Assembly (NCBI GenBank): GCA_002440065.1
Contig: DJRK01000007.1
Location: forward strand, 10,036 to 65,238
Direction: 5' to 3'
DNA from: Atopobium sp. UBA6362
GTDB taxonomy: Bacteria > Actinomycetota > Coriobacteriia > Coriobacteriales > Atopobiaceae
Length of the DNA stretch: 55,203 nucleotides
The translations under genes were made by a program, and so were the position numbers. Under the pieces are notes generated by a model. That model ran no database searches. It was not told where the DNA came from and saw only the letters and a list, made by a program, of their open reading frames with translations. Shown here piece after piece: positions 9,005 through 18,318 of this stretch; the first letter of the stretch is position 1, and each line of letters starts with the position of its first letter.

Positions 9005-10669
9005 TTACTTCGAGCCCTGCGCTTCCTCGTCCACTTCCACGTCGACGTCGCGGAAGTGGAAAACGAGCCCGCCGACCTTCATGTTCTTCACCCACGGCTT
9101 TGCCGCGAAGTAACGCTTGGGGTAGTACAGGGGGCAAGTGGCCCAGTCCTGCTGGACCAGCATCTTGTTCGCCTGTTTGTAGAGGTCTTCTTGCTTGGAG
9201 GCATCGGTCGTGGAGCGCGCCTCGAGCAGCAGGTTGTCGAAGTCTGGATTGTTGTAGAAAGAGCCCTTTTCCTTCGCGCTGTCACTGTAGAAATAGGTAT
9301 ACAGCATGATGTCGCCGTCGGGGAAGAACAGGTTCCAAGAAATCACCGTGGTGTCGAAGTCGCCGTCGCGCCACTTCTGCTCCCATGACGCGGCTTCCAT
9401 GGTCGTCACATTGAGCGTGATGCCGACCTTTTCCAGGTACCCCTGAAGGACCTGGGCAATCGTCGACTCGGTCGAGCGAACCGGGCACTCAAGCGTGAGC
9501 TCGCTGACGCCGGCCTCCTCGAGAAGCTGCTTGGCCTTGTCGGGATCATAGGGAATCGCAGGCTCGGACTCGTCGTAGCCCGGGACTTTAGGGTTGCACC
9601 AGCCGTTCGCAGGCGTGCCGGCGCCATGCAGGACGTTATCGCAAATCTCCTGACGGTTGATGGCAAGGTTGATCGCCTGGCGAACTCGCACGTCCTTAAG
9701 CGCCTCGGTGTTCAGGTTCAGGTTCATGAAGTACGTTCCCATCGGATCGTACTCGTGAAGCTGGTCCTTCATCGAGGAATCGTTGAGGTATTGCTCGAAG
9801 AGGGACGGATCGACGTCGCACAGGTCGAGGTCGCCCTTGACGTAAGACATCATCTTGGTGTTTGGGTCATCGAGATAGGCGATGTCCACCTCGTCGACGT
9901 TCACGGGCGTCCCATGGTATTGATCGAACTTCTCCAGAACAAGCTCAGTCGAGTCGTCGTTCGAGGCGAGCTTGAATGGGCCGGTTCCCACAAGGTTGGT
10001 TCCCTGGCCCCAGCTATCCCCGGCGGCCTCGCACGCCTTCTGCGGCACTATAGTAAAGAAATACGTGCCCAGGATGCGCAGAAAGGACGCATAGGCCTTG
10101 GCTAGTTTGATGGTCACGTGGGTATCGTCCTCGACGGTGATCCCGGAGCATTCGCGCGTATTGCCGGCGAAGACGTCCTGAGCGCCCTCGATCTGGTTGA
10201 TCATGTAAGCGCTCTTGTACTTGGTCTCGGGCCACATCATGCGCTCGGCGGAAAACTTGACGTCGTGGGCCGTCAGCTTTGAGCCGTCGTGGCAAGTGAT
10301 GTCGCTCTTGAGCTCGAGCTTATAGGTCAGGCCGTCATCGGAGACCTCCGGCATTTGGGCCAGCAGGCACGGAAGTTCGTTTCCGTCCTCATCGAACATG
10401 CAGGGGGCCTCGGTCACGGCATCGGTGACGGTACATGAAACGGTGTCGTTGATGAAGTGCGGGTCGAATCCGTTCTTCACGTTCTTCTGCGCAAAGCGCA
10501 GGACCTTCTTGCCGTCGTTCGACGTCGATTCGCCCGATCCGCCGCATGCGGTGAGCCCGGTCGCCGCGCCGACGGCAAAAGCGCCGCCAAGGAACTGGCG
10601 GCGGGTAATCCGCCCGGCGAGGATCTTGCGCTCTATGAAGTCTTGGTCGTACTCGCTTGTCAGTTTCAT
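9005..10669 (-). CDS. ABC transporter family-5 (Opp/Dpp-like) substrate-binding lipoprotein with Tat signal
   Basis: ITRRQFLG twin-arginine motif, LTAC lipobox, HDGSKLTAHDVKFS, VGTGPFKL, DVRVRQAINLAINR. Confidence 0.92.
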   Translation of the reverse strand: MKLTSEYDQDFIERKILAGRITRRQFLGGAFAVGAATGLTACGGSGESTSNDGKKVLRFAQKNVKNGFDPHFINDTVSCTVTDAVTEAPCMFDEDGNELPCLLAQMPEVSDDGLTYKLELKSDITCHDGSKLTAHDVKFSAERMMWPETKYKSAYMINQIEGAQDVFAGNTRECSGITVEDDTHVTIKLAKAYASFLRILGTYFFTIVPQKACEAAGDSWGQGTNLVGTGPFKLASNDDSTELVLEKFDQYHGTPVNVDEVDIAYLDDPNTKMMSYVKGDLDLCDVDPSLFEQYLNDSSMKDQLHEYDPMGTYFMNLNLNTEALKDVRVRQAINLAINRQEICDNVLHGAGTPANGWCNPKVPGYDESEPAIPYDPDKAKQLLEEAGVSELTLECPVRSTESTIAQVLQGYLEKVGITLNVTTMEAASWEQKWRDGDFDTTVISWNLFFPDGDIMLYTYFYSDSAKEKGSFYNNPDFDNLLLEARSTTDASKQEDLYKQANKMLVQQDWATCPLYYPKRYFAAKPWVKNMKVGGLVFHFRDVDVEVDEEAQGSK

Positions 10670-10800
10670 TGGTTCTCCCCTCCACTTGCAAAGGACGGCC
10701 TTTTGCCGACCCTCGACGCGCCCGCCCGTTTGGGCCCTCTTCGAAGGCGCGTAGAGCTGGATACTAGAACCGAAATGTACTCACAGCCCAACTGACATAT

Positions 10801-10874
10801 CAGATTAATGAATCTGTAATTCTTTCTAAAACAAGTTGTTCAGAACCAGTTATTTTTAATAAACAACAGTTGTT
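10801..10874. promoter_or_regulatory. AT-rich control region with several dyads upstream of the SBP gene
   Basis: CAGATT-aatg-AATCTG (10801-10816), AACAA-g-TTGTT (10830-10840) and AACAAC-a-GTTGTT (10862-10874) in a very AT-rich tract. Confidence 0.5.
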
Positions 10875-11120
10875 AAGCATATTTTGATTAAACGAATACA
10901 CGATCAACACTTTTTTAAGACAGCTAGTTTTGCATTAATAGTCTATTTTTGCGCTTCCTAAGACGGTCATACCCGGTCGCGGAAGCAGCCTGGGGGGGCA
11001 CATGTTGCGAAGAGAGGCCGGGCTGGCCCTCCCCCGTCTCGAGCGGGGCGCTTTCGGCCCCGTTGCCCCGGGCTCGAATCGCTTTTGTCAAGAAGCGCCT
11101 CGGATAGCGGATTGAGCAGC

Positions 11121-11912
11121 TCACTCGCTGCCGAAGTACTCGTTCCACACGTCTTTAATCGTGGGCGCCCCGCCGCCGTCCGTGAGCGCGCCCACACGGG
11201 CGACGTCCTCGTTGTAGACGACGATGCTCACCGTGCCGTCGGTATTCGAGGCGGCGAGCGCCATGTAGCGCTCCATCGTCTCCGGGTAGATAAGCGCGTA
11301 CAGGAGCCCGTCGACGTAGCGGTAGTCCTCGCACGAGAAGCCGCCCGCGCCGCTCACCGCCTTGAGGAGCGCCGTCGACTCGTCGTCGCTCCCGTCGAGG
11401 TAGCCGTCGACCGCGAGGTAGAGGGCCACGGGCTCGCCGGCCGCGCCCTTGCCGAGCTGGCCGATCTCGTCCTCGCCGAGCAGCGCCTCGTTATCGTCCT
11501 TGTCGTAGCGATTGGCCAAGAAGACCCGGCCCTCGCCGTCCTCGTAGCGCATCGCCTCGGCGTTCCACGTGAAGCCGCGCTGCGCGAGGAGCGTCTGGAG
11601 CTGCCAGCCCTTGAGGCCGAGCAGCGCGCCCACGGTCACGTTGCCGTGCTCGTCCACGCACTCGGAAGACCAGGTATCGAAGGCGTCGCCCGAGCCCTGG
11701 GCGTCCGTCTTTCCGGTACTCGACGTAGAGCCGGAAGCATCGCCGGATGCCGAGCCGGAGGAGTCCGCCGAATCCGAGGCGGACCCGGATGTTTGTGAAT
11801 CCGCCGCAGGTTGCTGGGCCGCCTGGCCAAAGCCGCATGCGAAGAGCGGCATCGAGAGGAGCACGGTCAGGGTGGCCGCGGCGGCCCTGCGCTTATTCTT
11901 GGTCGAGAGCAT
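11121..11912 (-). CDS. Hypothetical lipoprotein
   Basis: Basic N-terminus, hydrophobic core, LFAC lipobox and Ser-rich linker; RBS AAGGAGG. Confidence 0.8.
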   Translation of the reverse strand: MLSTKNKRRAAAATLTVLLSMPLFACGFGQAAQQPAADSQTSGSASDSADSSGSASGDASGSTSSTGKTDAQGSGDAFDTWSSECVDEHGNVTVGALLGLKGWQLQTLLAQRGFTWNAEAMRYEDGEGRVFLANRYDKDDNEALLGEDEIGQLGKGAAGEPVALYLAVDGYLDGSDDESTALLKAVSGAGGFSCEDYRYVDGLLYALIYPETMERYMALAASNTDGTVSIVVYNEDVARVGALTDGGGAPTIKDVWNEYFGSE

Positions 11913-11966
11913 GGTTCCTCCTTTGTTGGTTTGTTTCTTGATGTTCTGCGCCGGTTGCGGGCGCGG

Positions 11967-13418
11967 TTATTTGCGGTTCAGGGAGGTCCAGTCGGCGCCG
12001 GGATCGAAGCTCGCGCCGCCGCCCACGACGTCGCCCGCGGCGTTCTCCCACGCGGCGTCGCAGGCCGTCGAGGTCTCGACCTCGGTGCCGTCCGTGCGCA
12101 CCCACGTGTTCACGCCGCGCATCACGTCCGAGAAGCGGTCGGTCCAGTCGGCGTCGCCGGCGCCGGCGTACCCGGAGCGCGCCCGGTCGGCCGCCCACTG
12201 CGCGTCCGACCGGGACTGCGCGGCACGTTGATAGTCGTCGATGGCCTGCCGCTGCGTGTTCACCGCTTGCCGCATGGCCGCGAACTGCGCTTGCTGGCGT
12301 TGCTGGGCCATCATCGACTGCTGCTGCGCCTCGATCACGCGATTGTGCTTAATAGCGTCGGCTTCCTGGGCAAGAGCCGGGTTTATGGTGAAGCTTTTTA
12401 TGAGCTGAGGCACCACTTCGCTTACAAGATGATCGAGCTGCTCGGGTGCGCAAACGAGCGTCACCAGGTTCCTTGGGCCCCAGATCGCGACCTCCCCGGT
12501 CCCTATGGGCGCAAGGGTGCGGGAGTCGGCGGCGTTGGGATTGCTCGGTTGCGCGGGGTTTGAGGGCCCAGCGTGGGATGATGGCGTTGTCGCGCCCGTT
12601 TGTCCTTGCGAGTCTGCCCGCGCGGCACGTTGTTCTTTGTAGCGCCGCCCGATCACGCCGCCAAGAAGCCCCGAGTCCACGAGGGTGTCCATGAAGCCCC
12701 GTCCCGCCTGCGCGGACTTCGCGCCCGAACGCCCCATGAGCTTCTCGGCAGCGCTGCCAAGTTGCGCCCCGAGCACATTCAGTCCCTCCCCCATGACCGA
12801 AGCCGCACTAGGCACGCCGAAACCAATCGCATAGCCGTCCACGATTCCTGCCGCATAAAGCCTCAGCTCGTATCCATCGCCAAGCGCCAAGGCATACACT
12901 CGGGCCGCTGCATCTGCGGCCACACGACAGGCCTTGAGCTGCGCCCCTTGCAGCGCCGCATCGTTCGTCGCTTCGCGCTCAACCTCCCGACGCGCCGCGG
13001 ACTCATCGAAAGCAGTTGGATAATTTATCTCTTCTAGCAACTGCAGCCGGCCACCCAAGCGCTCCGCGATCGCGGCAGCCTCGCCATCTAGGAACTTAGC
13101 CGCACCCGCAATCTCGCGAGCAGGCGAGCTCTGCATGGACGACCCGAGCCCGTAGAGCGCCGCCATGGCGTTTGCGCCCTTCGCCGCCCCGCCGAGCTGG
13201 CAATATCTCTCCCCGGTACGGAACTCGAGGCTTGTCCCCTCGGGTCCGACGGCCGTCACGCGAACCTGAAGCGGGCGGTCGAAGGAGTCCATGCGCTCGA
13301 GCTGCCCTTGCGCACGCCACCCCTGGGGAAGCGACGCGCGGGCAAGCACCCTGCCTGTCACTTGATCAACGATTACCTGCTCAGGGTACTTGTTTGCCAC
13401 AGCACCGGTCTCCATCAT
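11967..13418 (-). CDS. Hypothetical protein (483 aa) with Gln-rich coiled segment and Trp-rich C-terminal domain
   Basis: Long ORF with an ATGA-type overlap to the upstream gene; no family recognised. Confidence 0.75.
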   Translation of the reverse strand: MMETGAVANKYPEQVIVDQVTGRVLARASLPQGWRAQGQLERMDSFDRPLQVRVTAVGPEGTSLEFRTGERYCQLGGAAKGANAMAALYGLGSSMQSSPAREIAGAAKFLDGEAAAIAERLGGRLQLLEEINYPTAFDESAARREVEREATNDAALQGAQLKACRVAADAAARVYALALGDGYELRLYAAGIVDGYAIGFGVPSAASVMGEGLNVLGAQLGSAAEKLMGRSGAKSAQAGRGFMDTLVDSGLLGGVIGRRYKEQRAARADSQGQTGATTPSSHAGPSNPAQPSNPNAADSRTLAPIGTGEVAIWGPRNLVTLVCAPEQLDHLVSEVVPQLIKSFTINPALAQEADAIKHNRVIEAQQQSMMAQQRQQAQFAAMRQAVNTQRQAIDDYQRAAQSRSDAQWAADRARSGYAGAGDADWTDRFSDVMRGVNTWVRTDGTEVETSTACDAAWENAAGDVVGGGASFDPGADWTSLNRK

Positions 13419-13879
13419 CTGCCCCCTTGCGACTCGTCCGTAAGCGCCCGCAACGCCTTTGCGAGCTCGCGAGAGCCCGCGCGCAGCGTTATGCGGGTAT
13501 CGCCGCCCAGGTAATTGCCACCCTCGAACGCATAGGATCGCTCGCTCCCGTCGCGCAAACGGAAGACCAGCCTCTCGACGGAATCGGACGAGGCGACGTC
13601 GGTCTTCTCGCCGAGTCGAACGGCCCCAAGAGCCTCCACTACGCCTTTGACGATCGACGGGTCTTCGCTTTCGTGGCGCTCCGAGGCCTCGCCCTCGATT
13701 TCGAGCACGAGGGAGGCCACGTCAGAGGCGGCAAAATCAAGCGCTAGCGAATCCGAGGCATCCGCAGCGTCGAAAGGCCTCCCGGCGACCGCCCGAGCCA
13801 CAACCCAAAAAGCCGCGGCAACGCCCAAGGCGGCGCACAGGCAGGTCAAGACGAGCTTCTTTGTCGCGCTGTTGGACAT
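13415..13879 (-). CDS. Hypothetical N-terminally membrane-anchored protein
   Basis: Start MSNSATKK followed by one TM helix; stop overlaps the next start. Confidence 0.65.
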   Translation of the reverse strand: MSNSATKKLVLTCLCAALGVAAAFWVVARAVAGRPFDAADASDSLALDFAASDVASLVLEIEGEASERHESEDPSIVKGVVEALGAVRLGEKTDVASSDSVERLVFRLRDGSERSYAFEGGNYLGGDTRITLRAGSRELAKALRALTDESQGGR

Positions 13880-14006
13880 GGGCACCCCCCATCCGGCTGG
13901 ATGGTGCCATGGTCTCAAACCGCAGGATGGAGGGGTAGTTTACAAATGTCCCGAACTTTCTTGGCGCAGGATTCCGGGGTCGTTTCGTGCGTCGCTACTC
14001 GCCAAG

Positions 14007-14094
14007 TCTGTACAAATGTCGGATAAGTCGGAGTTGTTTTTACGTTTCTCGGGATATGCAAATAAAACTCTGACTTTTCCGACATTTGTACAGA
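14007..14094. repeat. 29-bp inverted repeat (27/29) with 30-bp spacer
   Basis: TCTGTACAAATGTCGGATAAGTCGGAGTT / AACTCTGACTTTTCCGACATTTGTACAGA; partial third copy TACAAATGTC at 13941-13950. Confidence 0.8.
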
Positions 14095-14118
14095 ACCTTC
14101 GAGTATCAAGCCCGCTGA

Positions 14119-15621
14119 TTAACGCTTTTCGGAACCCGTATCCCACGAGAAATAGTGCAAGAGAAGCGCCTGGCGATTCTGTACGCCCACGCGCCCGCAA
14201 ATCGACGAAATGTGACGGTAGAGGGCGCTGCGGGAGATATACAGGCCGCGGGCCACATCCTGCATGCTCGCGTCGGAAGTCGTCAGCGCCTCGAGGACCT
14301 CGGTTTCGCGCGATGTCAGGCCAAAGGCGGCGGCATAGGCGGCGAGTTTTTGCGCCGGATCGAGCGTAACGGGCGTGCCTGCAGCTTCCTGCGGAGCGGC
14401 GGAGCGCTCGACTCCGTCGCCGCCTGCGGGGGCATCGTTCTTCTCGACAGCCGCCGCAGAAGCCCGCAACGCCTCGGCCTCCCGCTCTTGCAACAGGAAC
14501 ACGGTCGCGTAAATCCCCGCCAAAACCACGAGCACGACGGCCGAGGCAGAGAGCTCGTGGGCCTCGGACACCAACGCGAGCGCCGGCGCGGCGACGGCAA
14601 GCGAAACGGCGTTGTTCGTCACGCGCCCGACCGAAGGCCACAACCCGGCTGGCTCGATATCACCGCCGGCGCGCATGAACGCAGAGGTAAAGAAGGTCAC
14701 GAACGCACCCGACCCCAGGTAGAACACGGCAACGCTCAACACGATGGGCCCGCCGGCGAATGCCGAGAAGATCGCGAAGCACGAGAGGGTGGAGACCAGC
14801 GCCATAGCGATTGGGGCGCGGTGACGGAGGGCCCCATCGAAGGCGAAGCCCGCCGCAAGCGCGCTCGCCGCCAAGAAGAGCCTCGGCCAGGAGCCGAGGT
14901 CGATCATGCCGGCTGCATGGGACCTGGTAAGCGTCACGTTGAGGGTCGAGAACACGCAGGTCATGAGCGCGACCGCCAGCACAAGGAGCGGCAAGGTGCG
15001 TGGGTTGGGGACGGCCACGTCTTCGGTGCCGGCCGCGGTATCCCCCGCATCCGCGTCCACGCCTCGAGCGGCATCGATATCGCGGCTCGTCGCCAACGCG
15101 CCCGAGGCCACGCACATGAGCGCCAAGATAACCGCACGCGGCAGTCCGCCGCCTGTAAGGGCCTGAAGAACCACCTGCAGCAGGATAGCCGTCGCATATG
15201 CGACGCCAACGGCGCCGGCCGGCCCCTTCACCGGGCCAAAGGAACCCGCGCGCGCTTTTGCCGCCACGTCATGTGCCGCCGCGCCAACAAATCCCAGGCA
15301 AAGCAACGCGAGAGAGCCCGCCGCATAAACCAACGCGGCGCCCTGCACGACCCCCAATGTCGCCAAACAGACGGCCCCGACCACCGCAGCAACGTGCAGC
15401 ATCGGGCGCCTTGCGCTTGCCGCGAACCTCAGGGTGACGGGATACAGCAAGAAACCCACGACGCTGATCCCTACCACGGCAGACTCCGCGGGCGCGACCG
15501 TCGAAGCATCCGCAAACATCGCGACCCGCTGGTCAAAGAGGTATTCTCCACCGAGAAACGCCAGGTAAAAGCAAGAAAGCGCTGCCATGGAGCCGCATCT
15601 TCGCACATCGATGGCCTGCAT
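14119..15621 (-). CDS. Multi-transmembrane LuxR-family regulator (Coriobacteriia 12-TM LuxR type)
   Basis: About 12 hydrophobic helices, then HTH FGLTSRETEVLEAL...VARGLYISRSALYRHISSICGRVGVQNRQAL; start MQAID after GAGGAGG. Confidence 0.88.
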   Translation of the reverse strand: MQAIDVRRCGSMAALSCFYLAFLGGEYLFDQRVAMFADASTVAPAESAVVGISVVGFLLYPVTLRFAASARRPMLHVAAVVGAVCLATLGVVQGAALVYAAGSLALLCLGFVGAAAHDVAAKARAGSFGPVKGPAGAVGVAYATAILLQVVLQALTGGGLPRAVILALMCVASGALATSRDIDAARGVDADAGDTAAGTEDVAVPNPRTLPLLVLAVALMTCVFSTLNVTLTRSHAAGMIDLGSWPRLFLAASALAAGFAFDGALRHRAPIAMALVSTLSCFAIFSAFAGGPIVLSVAVFYLGSGAFVTFFTSAFMRAGGDIEPAGLWPSVGRVTNNAVSLAVAAPALALVSEAHELSASAVVLVVLAGIYATVFLLQEREAEALRASAAAVEKNDAPAGGDGVERSAAPQEAAGTPVTLDPAQKLAAYAAAFGLTSRETEVLEALTTSDASMQDVARGLYISRSALYRHISSICGRVGVQNRQALLLHYFSWDTGSEKR

Positions 15622-15680
15622 GGCGCCCTCCTCGGGTCTCGTGCCTACTCGAGAAAAGCCTAACCCATCCCCCCGGGGAC

Positions 15681-15725
15681 GCAATTTGGGGACGGACACT
15701 TTTTGCATGCACGGCCGTCTCCAAA
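15681..15725. repeat. Degenerate relative of the 23-bp palindrome family
   Basis: GCAATTTGGGGACGGACAC matches GCAATTTGGGGTCGGACCC at 17/19; TTTGGGGACGG pairs with CCGTCTCCAAA (15715-15725). Confidence 0.5.
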
Positions 15726-15726
15726 C

Positions 15727-15757
15727 AAAAAAGACCAGGTAGGCAACCTACCTGGTC
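15727..15757 (-). terminator. Intrinsic terminator of tRNA-Pro
   Basis: GACCAGGTAGG/CCTACCTGGTC perfect stem followed by T6 on the minus strand. Confidence 0.85.
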
Positions 15758-15767
15758 ATAAAATTCG

Positions 15768-15844
15768 TGGTCGGGTTGACTGGATTCGAACCAGCGACCC
15801 CCGCGTCCCGAACGCGGTGCTCTACCAAACTGAGCCACAACCCG
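15768..15844 (-). tRNA. tRNA-Pro(CGG)
   Basis: CGGGTTGTGGCTCAGTTTGGTAGAGC...CCGCG-TTCGGGA-CGCGG...GGTTCGAATCC...ACCA cloverleaf. Confidence 0.97.
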
Positions 15845-15859
15845 ATGCAAGGAGATAGT

Positions 15860-16735
15860 TTAGCAGACTTTTGCCGAATCTCCAACCGTCAAAGTCGCAA
15901 AAGACCACCAATTGCGCTCATCTTGGGCCCTGCGGGCCACGGCACGAGCGTCCTCAAGGGTCGCGCACACGCCGAACGTGCAGCTCCCCGAGCCGGTGAC
16001 CTGGGCCGCGATAACCTCGGGCTGCCCAGAGACCCACTCCTCGACCTCCGCGACCGCGGGGTTCAGGCGCTTGGCCGCCGCGGCCAGGTTGTTGTAAAGA
16101 AGCCCGGTCAGCCCCTCGACGTCGCCGGCCTCAAGCGCCGCGCAGACGCCCTCGAAGCTCGCCGGCTCCTCGCCCATGCGGTCGAACTCGTCGTAGCACT
16201 CCTTGGTGGACACGCCGTCGCCCGCGGGCATCGCGAGCACGACGGGCAGCTCGACCTCGTCGAACGTGCGCTCGAGCACGTCGCCCGCGCCCAGGCACAG
16301 CGACGGCACCGGGTCGAGGAAGAACGCGACGTCGGCGCCGGTTTTTCTCGCGACCTCGACCACGCGGGAATCGGTCGCCTCAAAGCCCCAGAGCTTGGCC
16401 AGGCACCTCAGCGCGGCGCCGGCGTCCGCCGACGAACCGCCGAGGCCCGCCTTCTCGGGAATGCGCGCCTTCACGCGGATCCGCACGCGCGGCTCCACGC
16501 CCAGCGCCTCGGCCAGGAGGCTCGCGGCCTTCCACACGGTCGTGCGCTCAGGCGGCACTCCGAGGGCCGGCTCGTGAACGACCTCGAGGGCCGGCGCCTC
16601 CTCGACCTCGACGTCGTCAAAGAGGCCGACCGGCACCATGACGGAATCGACGCGGTGGTAGCCGCGCCCGTCCTTCTCGGCATGGATGCCCAGGTGGAGG
16701 TTGACCTTACAGGGCGTCGAGACCGCGCAACCCAT
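15860..16735 (-). CDS. ispE: 4-diphosphocytidyl-2-C-methyl-D-erythritol kinase
   Basis: PCKVNLHL, IPEKAGLGGSSADA, GADVAFF and VTGSGS GHMP motifs; adjacent to veg. Confidence 0.95.
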   Translation of the reverse strand: MGCAVSTPCKVNLHLGIHAEKDGRGYHRVDSVMVPVGLFDDVEVEEAPALEVVHEPALGVPPERTTVWKAASLLAEALGVEPRVRIRVKARIPEKAGLGGSSADAGAALRCLAKLWGFEATDSRVVEVARKTGADVAFFLDPVPSLCLGAGDVLERTFDEVELPVVLAMPAGDGVSTKECYDEFDRMGEEPASFEGVCAALEAGDVEGLTGLLYNNLAAAAKRLNPAVAEVEEWVSGQPEVIAAQVTGSGSCTFGVCATLEDARAVARRAQDERNWWSFATLTVGDSAKVC

Positions 16736-16738
16736 GGC

Positions 16739-17035
16739 TTACTGCTGCTCCTCGGGCGCGTAGTCGAAGAGCTTCTCGCCGGTCTGGGCGTCGAAGAGCT
16801 CGACGGTGCCCGTCAGGACGTCCACGTACTGGTAAGATTGACGTGCCGTGCGGCCGCGACGCTCCTCGACCTCGACGACGAAGAGGGAGGGGTGCGCGTT
16901 CACGAGCGTGCCCGCGCGCTCGACGATGCGCGAACGGCCCATGTTCGCCTTGACCTTGAGGCGCTTGCCCTTGAGCTCGAGCAGGCGGTCGCGAATCTCG
17001 TCGACGCGGTTGACGGAAGGAATCTCGTTCTCCAT
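16739..17035 (-). CDS. veg: Veg-family protein
   Basis: LKVKANMGRSRIVERAGTL...SYQYVDVLTGTVEL; start MENEIP after GGAGG. Confidence 0.9.
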   Translation of the reverse strand: MENEIPSVNRVDEIRDRLLELKGKRLKVKANMGRSRIVERAGTLVNAHPSLFVVEVEERRGRTARQSYQYVDVLTGTVELFDAQTGEKLFDYAPEEQQ

Positions 17036-17151
17036 GTAAGCCTCCAGCGCAAAGAATTGCGCACGTTTCATATACACGAACTTTAATTATATTCCCCGTC
17101 TTACCTGGCCTATGCGCTCGGCCGGCCCTTTACATCACAACCCCATTCCTC

Positions 17152-17197
17152 AATTTGGGGTCGGATACGAAATTAATTTGGGGTCCGACCCCAAATT
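17152..17197. repeat. Inverted doublet of the 23-bp palindrome
   Basis: AATTTGGGGTCGGATACGAAATT + AATTTGGGGTCCGACCCCAAATT with no spacer. Confidence 0.9.
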
Positions 17198-17243
17198 GCC
17201 GCGGGTCTACACTGGGCTCGTTTGCATTCGAGAAAGGACTCTT

Positions 17244-18317
17244 ATGGACCAGAACCGCCTCGCATCCGTGCGCGCGAACCTGCGCGCGATGGGCCTCAGC
17301 CAGATGCTGCTCGTCGACCCGCTCTCCATCTGGTGGCTCACCGGCTACTACACCGAGCCCTACGAGCGCTTCTTCGCGCTCTACATCCCGGCCGAGGGCG
17401 AGCCCACCATGCTCGTCAACCGCCTCTTCCCCGAGGTCGGCGGCGCGGCAAAGAAGACCGTCTGCTTCGACGACGTCGACGATCCCGTCCCGCTCGTGGC
17501 CGGGCTCACCGACCACGGCGCGCCCCTCGGCGTGGACAAGGACCTCGCGGCCCGTTGGCTCGTGCCCCTCATGGGTGCCCATGCGGCCACGGACTTCGTC
17601 CTCGCGAGCGCGGCGCTCGACGACGCCCGCTCCATCAAGGACGCGCGCGAGCAGGAGCTCATGCGCCGCGCGTCCGCGACGAACGACGCCGCGATGGACT
17701 GGCTCGTCGCGCAGATCCGCCCCGGCGTGACCGAGCGCGAGATCGCCGACGGCCTCTTGGGCGAGTATCGCCGCCTGGGCGCGCAGGGGCACTCGTTCAG
17801 CCCCATCGTGAGCTTTGGCGCACACGGCGCCGACCCTCACCACGAGCCTGACGACACGCCGTTTACCAGCGGCGACGTCGTTCTCTTTGACGTGGGGTGC
17901 AAACAGGATTGGTATTGCTCGGACATGACGCGGACCTTCTTCACGGCCGAGCCCACCGAGCATCAGCGCAAGGTCTACGACGCCGTGCGCCGCGCGAACG
18001 AGGCCGCCGAGGCCATCGTGGCGCCCGGCGTGGAGTTCGCGGAAATCGACCTCACCGCGCGCCGCGTGATCGAGGACGCCGGTTGGGGCCCCTACTTCAC
18101 GCACCGGCTGGGCCACCAGATCGGCCTCGTTGACCACGAGCCGGGCGACGTATCGAGCGCACACCACGAGCCCGTGCGGCCCGGCCAGTGCTTCTCGATC
18201 GAGCCGGGCATCTACCTGCCGGGCGACATCGGCGTGCGCGTGGAGGACCTCGTCATCGTGACCGAGAGCGGCTGCGAGGTCCTGAACAGCTACTCAAAGG
18301 AGCTCACGGTCCTGTAG
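17244..18317 (+). CDS. M24-family Xaa-Pro (di)peptidase
   Basis: DPHH, DVGC...YCSDMTRT, FTHRLGHQIG, FSIEPGIY and GVRVED motifs; RBS AAAGGA. Confidence 0.93.
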   Translation: MDQNRLASVRANLRAMGLSQMLLVDPLSIWWLTGYYTEPYERFFALYIPAEGEPTMLVNRLFPEVGGAAKKTVCFDDVDDPVPLVAGLTDHGAPLGVDKDLAARWLVPLMGAHAATDFVLASAALDDARSIKDAREQELMRRASATNDAAMDWLVAQIRPGVTEREIADGLLGEYRRLGAQGHSFSPIVSFGAHGADPHHEPDDTPFTSGDVVLFDVGCKQDWYCSDMTRTFFTAEPTEHQRKVYDAVRRANEAAEAIVAPGVEFAEIDLTARRVIEDAGWGPYFTHRLGHQIGLVDHEPGDVSSAHHEPVRPGQCFSIEPGIYLPGDIGVRVEDLVIVTESGCEVLNSYSKELTVL

Positions 18318-18318
18318 C

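Noticed and set aside
10900..15844. tRNA-Pro-anchored integrative island
   Set aside because: No integrase and no duplicated tRNA 3' end seen at the far side; the same holds for tRNA-Glu beside the giant protein
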